Shown here piece after piece: positions 9,788 to 19,565 of a stretch of 64,000 bases of DNA. Source of the stretch: Negativicutes bacterium (GTDB lineage: Bacteria; Bacillota; Negativicutes; UBA1444); NCBI GenBank assembly GCA_963665275.2, contig CAXXIN010000018.1:64001-128000 (forward strand), written 5' to 3'. Each line of letters starts with the position of its first letter. Positions within the stretch are counted from its first letter, which is position 1. Both the position numbers and the translations under genes were made by a program. Under the pieces are notes generated by a model. That model did not search any database. It had not been told where the DNA came from and saw nothing but the letters and a program-made list of their open reading frames with translations.

Positions 9788-11110
9788 ATGCGAAAAATTA
9801 AAATTGGCGTTGTAGGACCGGGAGATTCTGTGGCATTAATTGAAGAGGTTGCTACTGAATACAATGATAAAATGAGCGTGAAAGGGTATATATATGAAGA
9901 CGCTTCGGAGGTGCCGTATATAATTGAACGGTTCGATCCGGACGTTGATATGTGGATGTTTTCCGGCAAGGTTCCGTATCGATATGCTATGGCGGTGAAA
10001 AGCAGCATAAAGCCCAAAATGTTTATGCCCCATACGGGAACCAGCATATATCGTGTGCTGTTATACCTAGCCAGAGAGAGGATTCCTGTCGGAAGTATGA
10101 GTTTTGATACATTCAGTCGGCAGGAGATTATTGAAACCTTTGAAGATGCTGAAACGTTTCTGCCTAAAATTTATGTTAATGACTATGACGGAGTTGTTTC
10201 TGCCAGTGAGCTCACTAAGTTTCACCTGGATTTATGGAATTCTGGCAAGACCAAGGTTGCTGTGACGTGTTTTTTTGCAACATACCAGGAGCTAATAAAG
10301 CAAGGGGTTACTGCTTTTCGGATTTGGCCGACCAAAAGCAATATCCGGTCGATGCTTGATTTGGCTTTAAGCCGGGCGGATGCACTGAACTCCAAAGCGG
10401 GCCAGATTGCGATTCTACATGTTGCAATAGATGGATATGACGATTTCAGTCGTGAGGCTGTTTCAGGTTACGCTGTTCTGAAGGTTGAACTGCAATTGCA
10501 TGAAGTTTTGCTGGGGTTCGCGGAACGAGTCAAAGGTGCGATTGTCATGCAAGGAAACGGACGCTTCACGCTCTACTCGACTCGCGGCGCCATGGCAGAG
10601 ATTACCGATGGATTCAATCATATGCCTATCATGGAAGAAATCGGCAGACGCTTGTCGATCAGCGTTAGCGGTGGGATTGGATTTGGTGATACTGCATACA
10701 ATGCCAATGAAAATGCGATGATCGCGCTCGGATTGGCGCGACGCAAAGGCAAACGCAAATGGATGGTAGTGCTGGATGATAAGAGTGTTATTGGACCGCT
10801 GGATTCTGAACTGCAGATAAAATACTCTATTCGGAGCCAAACTGCCGATATGCTGGCACTGGCGAAACAATTGAATGTCAGCGGGACAACTTTGAATCGT
10901 CTGCTTTCGGTTTATGCCAAAATTGACGGTGAAATCCTGGGGGCTGAAACCCTGGCCAGTTACCTTTCCATGACAGAACGCAATGCCAGACGTTTACTCG
11001 CTAGGTTGGCTGAACATGGAATGGCAGTGGAAGCCGGGGAAGAAAGCCATGGCGCTGGGCGGCCCCGAAAAATGTTCCGTATCGATGTGCAAAAAATTTT
11101 GCAGCAATAG
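9788..11110 (+). CDS. Putative transcriptional regulator (N-terminal sensor, cyclase-like middle domain, C-terminal winged HTH)
   Basis: C-terminal LASYLSMTERNARRLLARL...GRPRKMF; GIGFGDT..A..NA..AL motif; divergent from the amidohydrolase-abgT pair. Confidence 0.7.
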   Translation: MRKIKIGVVGPGDSVALIEEVATEYNDKMSVKGYIYEDASEVPYIIERFDPDVDMWMFSGKVPYRYAMAVKSSIKPKMFMPHTGTSIYRVLLYLARERIPVGSMSFDTFSRQEIIETFEDAETFLPKIYVNDYDGVVSASELTKFHLDLWNSGKTKVAVTCFFATYQELIKQGVTAFRIWPTKSNIRSMLDLALSRADALNSKAGQIAILHVAIDGYDDFSREAVSGYAVLKVELQLHEVLLGFAERVKGAIVMQGNGRFTLYSTRGAMAEITDGFNHMPIMEEIGRRLSISVSGGIGFGDTAYNANENAMIALGLARRKGKRKWMVVLDDKSVIGPLDSELQIKYSIRSQTADMLALAKQLNVSGTTLNRLLSVYAKIDGEILGAETLASYLSMTERNARRLLARLAEHGMAVEAGEESHGAGRPRKMFRIDVQKILQQ

Positions 11111-11188
11111 CCGAAAAACGATGCGTAAAAGGAAAAATTCCAGCGTTGTCGAACATTATACGAATCAACTATTTATGGAGGTACGCCA

Positions 11189-11641
11189 GTGAATATTCGC
11201 AAAGCTGTGTTGACAGATATCGAAGGAATTTATGAATTGGTCGACTATTACGCCGACCGGGGCCTGATCCTCCCACGGTCCCGTCACTCCATATTCGAAA
11301 CTCTACGTGATTTTACGGTTGCCGAGCAGGACGAATATATTGTTGGAACCGGTGCTTTGACGCTGGCTTGGGATGGATTGGCAGAGGTCAGGGCGTTAAC
11401 GGTATCGCCCCAACATCTCCGGAGTGGTCTGGGGCTGAAAATCATTGAGGCGATCACTGGCGAAGCGCGGCAGCTGGGAATTAACAAATTGTTTGTGCTG
11501 ACCTATCATCCGGAGTTCTTTGTGACGGCAGGGTTTGCGGAGATCGGTAAAGAAGCGCTACCCCATAAAGTCTGGCGTGACTGCATCAATTGCAGCAAGT
11601 TCCCTAATTGTGACGAAACTGCAATGACGCTGGAACTGTGA
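11189..11641 (+). CDS. argA: GNAT N-acetyltransferase, short ArgA-like N-acetylglutamate synthase
   Basis: IRKA, LILPRS, LAEVRAL and LPHKVWRDCINCSKFPNCDE are typical of short ArgA-type GNATs. Confidence 0.7.
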   Translation: MNIRKAVLTDIEGIYELVDYYADRGLILPRSRHSIFETLRDFTVAEQDEYIVGTGALTLAWDGLAEVRALTVSPQHLRSGLGLKIIEAITGEARQLGINKLFVLTYHPEFFVTAGFAEIGKEALPHKVWRDCINCSKFPNCDETAMTLEL

Positions 11642-11653
11642 GGAGGGAAATCA

Positions 11654-13022
11654 TTGCTGATCGATAAAAAGACCGATTTTTCGCAATCGGAGCTGTCGTT
11701 TGATGAGATTGACGCGGGGTTGACCACAAAGGAAGCGATTTCCGAAGCCAAGCGTTGCTTAAATTGCAAAACACCGCTTTGTCGTAAAGGCTGTCCGATT
11801 GGAAACGATATTCCAGGATTTATTCACGCCCTCGCCAACGGCAATATCGGCGAAGCCAGCGCGATCATTGCGCAACGCAGTAATCTGCCGGCTGTGTGTG
11901 GCCGAGTGTGTCCACATGAGCGGCAGTGCGAAGGTTCGTGCGTGCTCAATCGCAAAGAGTGCGGCATTCAGATCGGAAAACTGGAACGATTTATCGCCGA
12001 TTTTGATGCGGAGATGGGGGATTCATATTCACAAGAATGAATTGCCGGTGCAGGGGAAAGTGGCTGTGATCGGATCGGGTCCAGCGGGTCTGACTGTGGC
12101 AGGCGATTTGGCCAAACTCGGATTTGTAGTGACGATTTTTGAGTCGCAGGCTGAGCCTGGCGGGGTTCTGATGTATGGTATTCCGGAATTTCGATTGGGC
12201 AAGGATATTGTGCGTCGCGAAATCCGGCGAATTCAGGAACTCGGCGTAGAAATTCGGACGAATGTACTAGTGGGTCCGGATATCACTGTGGATACCTTGT
12301 TTGAAGAAGGTTTCGACGCAATTTTTATCGGTACGGGAACGGCGCTACCCAAGACTTTGAATCTGCCGGGTGAAGAACTGCCGGGCGTGGTGCAGGCGGC
12401 ATATTTTTTGGGGATGGTGGCGCTTACCCGAGCGGGTAGTTTGGATATCAAGGAAGTACCAGTGGCGGCAAGAGACAGGGTCGTTATCGTCGGCGCCGGC
12501 AATGTGGCGATGGATGCGGCACGCACCGCGCTGCGTCTGGGTGCGGCTAAAGTTACGGTCGTTTATCGGCGTACAGAAAAAGAAATTACGGCGGAAAGAG
12601 CCGAATTTGAAGCGGCTCGGAACGAGGGAGTCGAGTTTCATTGGCTTGCCAGTCCTGTTGCCATCAGCGGCAAGAAAAAAGTAACCGGGCTTGAGTGCGA
12701 AATTCAAACCCTATCTCCTGACAACCAATTGCAGTCCACCGGTCAACGGGAAACTCTGCCTGCCGATGTTGTTTTATTGGCGATTGGGCAGCGCCCGGCG
12801 GCTCGCATTGTGTCAACGACTCAGGGCATCGAGGTTGATGGAAACGGATATGTGGTTACAAGGGATCGTCCTTATGGAATGACGACGCGTCGGGGAGTTT
12901 TTGCCGGCGGCGACGTAGTGCATGAACCGGCGACGGTGGTGCTGGCAATGAAGGAAGCGAAGAAAGTTGCCGCTGGGATCGCTCAATATGCTGAGGCAAA
13001 GAAAATTATGGAAAGTTGTTGA
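11654..13022 (+). CDS. GltD/SudA/NfnB-like FAD/Fe-S NAD(P)H oxidoreductase, split by a +1 frameshift at G5 12016-12020
   Basis: ORF 11654-12040 has EAKRCLNC, CRKGCP and CGRVCPHERQCEGSC; the second frame continues with VAVIGSGPAG, YGIPEFRL, GAGNVAMDAAR and FAGGD. Removing one G joins them (EMGIHIHKNELP). Confidence 0.85.
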
Positions 13023-13058
13023 GGTTCCTTCTGAATTTTCCAACTTTTAGACAAAAGC

Positions 13059-13087
13059 TTGCGCGCGAAAAACATCTATGCTATATT
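13059..13087 (+). promoter_or_regulatory. Sigma-A-type promoter of the nif operon
   Basis: TTGCGC-17 nt-TATATT with extended -10 TG. Confidence 0.6.
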
Positions 13088-13113
13088 GTTTACAAATATC
13101 ATACGGCGGGTAA

Positions 13114-13224
13114 AAGCAAAGAAGCTTGCGAAACGGAAACGTTCGCAAGCTTTGATTTGTTTTAGCCGGGATTTGAGCAAAGAAGCTCGTGGACAATCTT
13201 GATTGTTCCGGGCTTTTTCGTTTT
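13114..13224 (+). promoter_or_regulatory. Tandem ANTAR-like hairpin/terminator attenuators in the nifH leader
   Basis: AAGC-AAAGAA-GCTT (13114-13127) and GAGC-AAAGAA-GCTC (13175-13188); each overlaps the 5' arm of a terminator hairpin followed by a T-rich tail. Confidence 0.65.
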
Positions 13225-13388
13225 GATCGGCAACGTCTATGATCTGATAGGAAGGAGGTGCGAAGTTAAACTGATAAGGAGAAAAACGAAGGCTGAATGA
13301 GTAGTGCAAGTACTCATTCAGCAGGGGTAGCCAAAAAACCCGGGCGGGCTTATTGATCATACCCATTTGTCATTGTAACAGAAAGTGA

Positions 13389-14255
<867 letters not shown>

Positions 14256-14297
14256 TAAGTGAGACCAGCTATGAAAAGTCAACAGGTGCGACTGAAT

Positions 14298-15479
14298 TTA
14301 GCGTGCCAACATCGGATCATAGGCTTGACCAGATTTGAGAAGAGCAAAAATGGTATAAAGCAACTTGCGAGAAACCGCGCCCAGAGCAACACGATGGGCT
14401 TTGCCCTCTTCGCGTTTCTTATGATAAAACGCAGCAAAGACCGGATTGAATTTAGAAGCGGGGAACGCTGCTAACCAAACGGCTCTGCGCAGATACGGCG
14501 AGCCCCGTTTGGACATATGGCTTTGGCTGCCGGTGAATTCGCCGGACTGCTTTATTGAAGGATCCATCCCAGCAAAGGCAACCAATTTCTCAGGAGCGGA
14601 AAAACGATGAACATCGCCAATCTCACTGAGGATGGCTGCTGCCAAGACTTTGCCGATACCGGGAACCGTATGCAACGTGCAAGAAAAGCGGTCATAGTAG
14701 GCACTGATTTGTTCGCCAAGCTCAGCCAATTGCTCTTCCAGAAACACAATCTGAGCCACCAGCTGGCGCAATTGAAAGGCCAGGGCGTCTATCCCCAATT
14801 TGACTCCAAACGAATGCTTTGCGGCATTCTGAATCCGTTGAGCTTGATCTAGGCCGAAGCGGCCACGGCTGGTTCGTTCAAGCAAGCCAGCTAACTTCCC
14901 AGAATCCACCGCTAAAAACTCCTCCGGAGTGGAAAACTCCGCCAGCATCTGGCGGGAAGAGGCTCCGAACAGATCAGAAAATAGGGACTCATATTCCGGA
15001 AACACTTGATCCAAGAGGGCGATTACCTTGCGTTTGAGATCGGATATATTATCTACCAGTGAGAAACGATAGCGGCAAAGTTGACGCAACGCAATTAAAT
15101 CGGGTTCGGCCAGGGTGGTTTGCGTAAACCGACCGAAGCGAATGACCTCAGCGATGAGAAAGGAATCGACTGCATCCGTTTTAGTCTGGCGAATGTACAG
15201 ATTGCGAAGGCTGTCGGACTGAATGGGATTGATCACATGGACGACATGGCCATCCTGTATCAGCCGGGAATAAAGGGGCAGCCAGTAATGACCGGTTGCT
15301 TCCATGCCGAACACAACAGGCAGCAAAGTGGGATTGAGTTTTTGAACCTGCTTGAACAAAAGCTCAACTCCGGCGAGAGAATTGGGGAACGAAAATGGTT
15401 TTCCCAGCAAACCGCCTGATTCATTCATCAGACAGGCCTCATGACTGCGCTTGGCGATGTCGATGCCGACGATGATCAT
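14298..15479 (-). CDS. IS110-family recombinase/transposase (RuvC-like DEDD plus Tnp domain)
   Basis: VGIDIAK, GMEATG, KTDAVDS (DEDD), PGIG, and QSG (catalytic Ser) followed by SKRGSPYLR; ATG 15479 after GGGAGGTG. Confidence 0.96.
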   Translation of the reverse strand: MIIVGIDIAKRSHEACLMNESGGLLGKPFSFPNSLAGVELLFKQVQKLNPTLLPVVFGMEATGHYWLPLYSRLIQDGHVVHVINPIQSDSLRNLYIRQTKTDAVDSFLIAEVIRFGRFTQTTLAEPDLIALRQLCRYRFSLVDNISDLKRKVIALLDQVFPEYESLFSDLFGASSRQMLAEFSTPEEFLAVDSGKLAGLLERTSRGRFGLDQAQRIQNAAKHSFGVKLGIDALAFQLRQLVAQIVFLEEQLAELGEQISAYYDRFSCTLHTVPGIGKVLAAAILSEIGDVHRFSAPEKLVAFAGMDPSIKQSGEFTGSQSHMSKRGSPYLRRAVWLAAFPASKFNPVFAAFYHKKREEGKAHRVALGAVSRKLLYTIFALLKSGQAYDPMLAR

Positions 15480-15494
15480 GTGCGCACCTCCCTT

Positions 15495-15732
15495 TGGGAC
15501 AGATAACCTCCAGCAGCTGCGGCACACAACCTCGTGAGACATGCGAAGTACCAGTCGTACCGGCCAACATCCAGCTCATTCGTGATGGACCGCAGGGCCA
15601 GAGGGATCACTCTCAATTTCGAGGTTCAACCTCAAGGAGGAAGACGATCTCCTCTGTCCTCTGCTATTAGTATCTCCGATTGTTCCTCGGGAGACAAGCG
15701 GAGAGGTTCAACAGGTTTCCCTGTTTATCCCG
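15495..15732 (-). ncRNA. Predicted IS110 bridge RNA in the non-coding end
   Basis: 5' GAAA-tetraloop hairpin; long stem GCAGAGGACAGAGGAGAUC / GAUCCCUCUGGCCCUGC encloses an internal loop with CUUCCUCCU and AAUUGAG, which match the insertion site; second structured domain has partial donor matches. Ends are approximate. Confidence 0.75.
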
Positions 15733-15761
15733 AACATAATTATACGAGGAGGATGAATAGT

Positions 15762-16088
15762 ATGTACCTGATCAAAGCAGTGGTTCGACCTGAAAAAAGA
15801 GACGAAGTTCTATATGAACTAACCTCCGCTGGCTTTAATGCAGCAACGGTAGTGGATGTAGTCGGCCGCGGCAAACAAAAAGGTATTAAAATCGGCAATA
15901 TCGTTTACGACGAAATTCCCAAGGTCATGATTATCATGGCGGTTCAGGAAGCAGACAAGGATGATATCATCAGCGTGATCATGCGCGCGGCCAAGACCAG
16001 TGAAAAAGGAGCCTTCGGTGACGGAAAAATCTTTGTCAGTCCCCTGGAAGAAGCCTATACGGTGTCCTCTGGCGCCAAAGAACTGTAG
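15762..16088 (+). CDS. nifI1: PII-family nitrogenase regulator NifI1
   Basis: IKAVVRPEK, VVGRGKQKG, YDEIPK and GAFGDGKIFVSP; RBS GAGGAGG at 15746-15752. Confidence 0.93.
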   Translation: MYLIKAVVRPEKRDEVLYELTSAGFNAATVVDVVGRGKQKGIKIGNIVYDEIPKVMIIMAVQEADKDDIISVIMRAAKTSEKGAFGDGKIFVSPLEEAYTVSSGAKEL

Positions 16089-16097
16089 GAGGTTGCC

Positions 16098-16508
16098 ATG
16101 AAAGAGATAATTGCCGTTGTGAGAATGAATAAAACCAACGCAACCAAAAAGGCTCTTATTGACTCGGGCGCTGCAGGTTTCACGGCATTGAAGGTGATGG
16201 GCCGGGGGAAATTAGTGGAAGACAAAAGTCTCATCGCGACCCGCAAAGCAAACATGATGGAGATGGCTCTCGGTGAAGACTCCCGCGAAGCGGAAGCTCT
16301 CATCGACGGATTCCTCGATGGACAACGGCTAATTCCCCGCCGGATGTTTCATATCATTGCCAAGGACACTGAGGTTCAACCAATCATCGCAGCCATCATG
16401 GGCGCCAACAGAACCGATTATAAAGTCGGTGACGGCAAGATATTTGTGTTGCCGATAGCGGACGTGGTTCGTGTCCGTACTGCCGAGCGAGGCGAAACCG
16501 CACTATAA
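16098..16508 (+). CDS. nifI2: PII-family nitrogenase regulator NifI2
   Basis: MKEIIAVVRMNK...VMGRGK...GDGKIFVLP; second PII gene between nifH and nifD. Confidence 0.93.
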   Translation: MKEIIAVVRMNKTNATKKALIDSGAAGFTALKVMGRGKLVEDKSLIATRKANMMEMALGEDSREAEALIDGFLDGQRLIPRRMFHIIAKDTEVQPIIAAIMGANRTDYKVGDGKIFVLPIADVVRVRTAERGETAL

Positions 16509-16523
16509 AAGGAGGGAATTCCC

Positions 16524-18137
16524 ATGGCAATGACCGAGAGTGAATTGAATGAAATATTGGGGAAACTCCCCAGCAAGGTGCAAAAAAATCGGAGCAAACA
16601 TATCTTGGTTAAGGATTGTTCGCAACCGGACCAGGAGATTGAAGCCAACACCCGAACGATTCCGGGGATCATCACGAACCGTGGCTGCGCATATGCCGGG
16701 TGCAAGGGTGTGGTGCTGGGCCCTCTGAAGGATATGATCCACATCGTGCATGGTCCAATCGGCTGCAGTTACTACGCTTGGGGAACTCGGCGAAACAAAG
16801 GGAAAACAGAAGATCCCAGCGATAATTACCTCAATTACTGCTTTTCAACCGATATGCAAGAAAAAGACATCGTGTTCGGCGGAGAAAAAAAATTGGCGGC
16901 GACCATCGACGAAGTGGTGAAGATCTTCAATCCCAAAGCAATTACTGTTTCCGCTACATGCCCCGTCGGTCTCATTGGCGATGATATTCAGCAGGTTGCT
17001 AAAGCGGCGGAAGCACGGCATGGCATTCAGGTTTTGGCGTTTAACTGCGAGGGGTATAAAGGCGTAAGTCAATCCGCTGGCCATCACATTGCCAACAACA
17101 TTCTGATGGATAAGGTCATTGGAAACTCGACGGAAGAGAAAGCGCCGAAACCCTTCGCCATCAATATTCTCGGCGAATACAACATTGGCGGGGACAGTTG
17201 GGAAATCGAACGGGTACTCAAAGAAATCGGTTACCATATAGTGTCGGTGATGACTGGTGATGGTTCCTATGAGGAATTGCGTTTGGCGCATACCTCGGAA
17301 TTGAATCTGGTGCAGTGTCATCGGTCCATCAATTATATTGCTGAAATGTTGGAAACCAAATATGGGACACCTTGGTTGAAGGTCAATTTCATCGGAATCA
17401 ATTCCACCGCCGAGTCACTGCGGAATATGGCGCAGTATTTTGGCGATGAAACACTGATCCGCAAGACGGAAGAAGTGATTCTGCGAGAACTGGCAAACAT
17501 ACAACCTCGCATCGACCAATACAGGAAGATCTGCGATGGGAAACGGGCCTTCTGCTTCGTTGGCGGTTCCAGGGGTCATCATTACCAGGGCTTGTTTGCG
17601 GAACTTGGTATTGAAACAGTGTTGGCCGGTTACGAGTTTGCGCACCGCGACGACTACGAAGGTCGCAAAGTGCTCCCCACGATCAAAACGGACTCGGACA
17701 GCAAGAACATTCCTGAACTGCATGTGGAACGAGACACAGAACGCTATTGCGTAAAGCTTTCGCCAGAAATTGCGGAAGAATTGCGGGCAAGAATTCCGTT
17801 GAGCAATTACACCGGCCTCAATCTTGACATGAAAGATGGCAGTATTGTTGTGGATGACCTGAACCACTATGAGACCGAAGAATTCATTCGCCTCTTGAAG
17901 CCGGATATCTTTGCTTCTGGGATCAAGGACAAATATGTAGTGCAGAAAATGGGAATTCCGGCAAAACAGATTCATTCATACGATTACAGCGGTCCGTATG
18001 CTGGCTTCAACGGAGCCGTGAACTTCGCGCGAGACGTCAGCATGGCTTTTGCTTCTCCCACATGGAACTACATCACTCCACCGTGGTACAAACTGCCTCT
18101 GCTCGAGGGGAAAATCAATGAAGGAGGCGCCGCCTGA
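16524..18137 (+). CDS. nifD: Mo-nitrogenase MoFe protein alpha chain (clostridial type)
   Basis: RGCAYAGCKG, HGPIGC, ATCPVG, FeMoco ligands QCHRS and HSYDYSGPY, and GYEFAH..DY. Confidence 0.97.
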   Translation: MAMTESELNEILGKLPSKVQKNRSKHILVKDCSQPDQEIEANTRTIPGIITNRGCAYAGCKGVVLGPLKDMIHIVHGPIGCSYYAWGTRRNKGKTEDPSDNYLNYCFSTDMQEKDIVFGGEKKLAATIDEVVKIFNPKAITVSATCPVGLIGDDIQQVAKAAEARHGIQVLAFNCEGYKGVSQSAGHHIANNILMDKVIGNSTEEKAPKPFAINILGEYNIGGDSWEIERVLKEIGYHIVSVMTGDGSYEELRLAHTSELNLVQCHRSINYIAEMLETKYGTPWLKVNFIGINSTAESLRNMAQYFGDETLIRKTEEVILRELANIQPRIDQYRKICDGKRAFCFVGGSRGHHYQGLFAELGIETVLAGYEFAHRDDYEGRKVLPTIKTDSDSKNIPELHVERDTERYCVKLSPEIAEELRARIPLSNYTGLNLDMKDGSIVVDDLNHYETEEFIRLLKPDIFASGIKDKYVVQKMGIPAKQIHSYDYSGPYAGFNGAVNFARDVSMAFASPTWNYITPPWYKLPLLEGKINEGGAA

Positions 18138-19525
18138 TGTTGGATGCAACACCAAAAAAAATTGCCGAACGAACCAGTGGCGGCATGATCAATCCAGCCA
18201 AGACTTGCCAACCGATTGGCGCCATGTATGCGGCTTTGGGAATTCACGCTTGCCTGCCTCATAGCCATGGTTCCCAGGGCTGCTGCTCCTATCACCGCAT
18301 GCACTTGACTCGCCATTTTCGTGATCCGGTCATGGCTTCGACCAGTAGTTTTACGGAAGGCGCTTCGGTTTTTGGCGGTGGAGCCAATTTGAAAACAGCC
18401 ATCAAAAATGTTTTTGAGATATATAATCCGGACGTAATGGCTGTGCATACCACTTGCTTGTCAGAAACCATTGGCGATGATATTCCGACCATCATCAAAC
18501 AGTCGGAAGTCCCCGAAGGAAAAGTAGTATTTCATGCCAACACTCCTAGTTATCAGGGCTCTCACATTACCGGGTTTTCCAATATGACCAAAGCAATGGT
18601 CACCTATTTTGCCGAAACCACCTTAGCAGAGAAAGATGACACGGTCAATCTGATTCCGGGATTTGTGAATCCAGGCGATATGCGAGAAATCAAGCGGATA
18701 ACCAATACCATGGGAATACCGTACATTATGTTTCCTGACACTTCAGGTGTGCTGGATTCGCCCATGACCGGCTCGTTTGAGATGTATCCCCGTGGTGGCG
18801 TAACCTTGGCCGAACTCAAAAAGATCGGTGATTCCAAATTGAGTGTGGCATTGGGAAGATTCGCTTCTTCGGACGCGGCGGAAACGCTGGAAAAGAAATG
18901 CAAAGTGCCGGCCATTACGCTGAAGACTCCTATTGGAATTAAAGCGACGGATGCCTTTGTCATGACGTTGCGTGGCGCGTTCGCAGTGGAAGTCCCCCGA
19001 GAATTGGAAGACGAAAGAGGTCAACTGGTGGATATCATGACCGACACTCACTTCCATTTCCATGGGAAAACAGTTGCGGTATTCGGTGATCCGGACATCG
19101 TATCTCCGATGGTGGAGTTCCTGCTTAGCCTCGGCATGAAACCCATCCATGTTCTCACAGGAACCCCGGGTGGCGCTCTGGGCTCAGGGATGGCCGGCTT
19201 CGAAGGCGAAATGAAAGAAATGCTCGAAGCTGCCGGTGTTAACGGCAATGTAAAGTCGGCCGGCGATTTATTCACTTTGCATCAGTGGATCAAAAATGAG
19301 CCGGTTGATCTACTTATTGGCAACACCTATGGAAAATTCATTGCCAAAGCGGAGGATATTCCTTTCGTGCGGCTGGGCTTCCCGATTCTGGATCGGAGTG
19401 TGCATTCCTACTTGCCGGTAGTGGGTTATCGTGGGGCAATGCGCCTGATCGAGATGATTAGCGGGGCCTTGTTGGATCGACAGGACCGCGATGCGGCAGA
19501 CGAGGATTTTGAATTAGTAATGTAA
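18137..19525 (+). CDS. nifK: Mo-nitrogenase MoFe protein beta chain
   Basis: INPAKTCQPIGA, HGSQGCCSYH, TTCLSETIGDD and TPSYQGSH. Confidence 0.96.
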   Translation: MLDATPKKIAERTSGGMINPAKTCQPIGAMYAALGIHACLPHSHGSQGCCSYHRMHLTRHFRDPVMASTSSFTEGASVFGGGANLKTAIKNVFEIYNPDVMAVHTTCLSETIGDDIPTIIKQSEVPEGKVVFHANTPSYQGSHITGFSNMTKAMVTYFAETTLAEKDDTVNLIPGFVNPGDMREIKRITNTMGIPYIMFPDTSGVLDSPMTGSFEMYPRGGVTLAELKKIGDSKLSVALGRFASSDAAETLEKKCKVPAITLKTPIGIKATDAFVMTLRGAFAVEVPRELEDERGQLVDIMTDTHFHFHGKTVAVFGDPDIVSPMVEFLLSLGMKPIHVLTGTPGGALGSGMAGFEGEMKEMLEAAGVNGNVKSAGDLFTLHQWIKNEPVDLLIGNTYGKFIAKAEDIPFVRLGFPILDRSVHSYLPVVGYRGAMRLIEMISGALLDRQDRDAADEDFELVM

Positions 19526-19565
19526 GGAAAACTGCAATAGGAAAAGGAACAGGGAGGTGAAAGCC

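Larger units (their letters stand above)
14261..15748 (-). mobile_element. IS110-family insertion sequence inserted between nifH and nifI1
   Basis: Shared GAG (CTC on the minus strand) at 14261-14263 and 15746-15748; no long terminal inverted repeats. -35 TTGACT at 14277-14282 and -10 TATAAT at 15739-15744 (minus strand) join with 17-nt spacing on circularisation. Confidence 0.92.

Noticed and set aside
13076-13366. 96-aa minus-strand ORF upstream of nifH
   Set aside because: No motif; the region is better explained as the structured nif leader.
15480-15542. Longer transposase start at 15542
   Set aside because: A strong SD precedes ATG 15479 and the RuvC motif begins there; the upstream DNA belongs to the structured RNA region.
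15534-15761. N-terminal extension of NifI1 in the 184-aa ORF
   Set aside because: It is read-through from IS110 non-coding DNA; the PII domain and RBS start at 15762.
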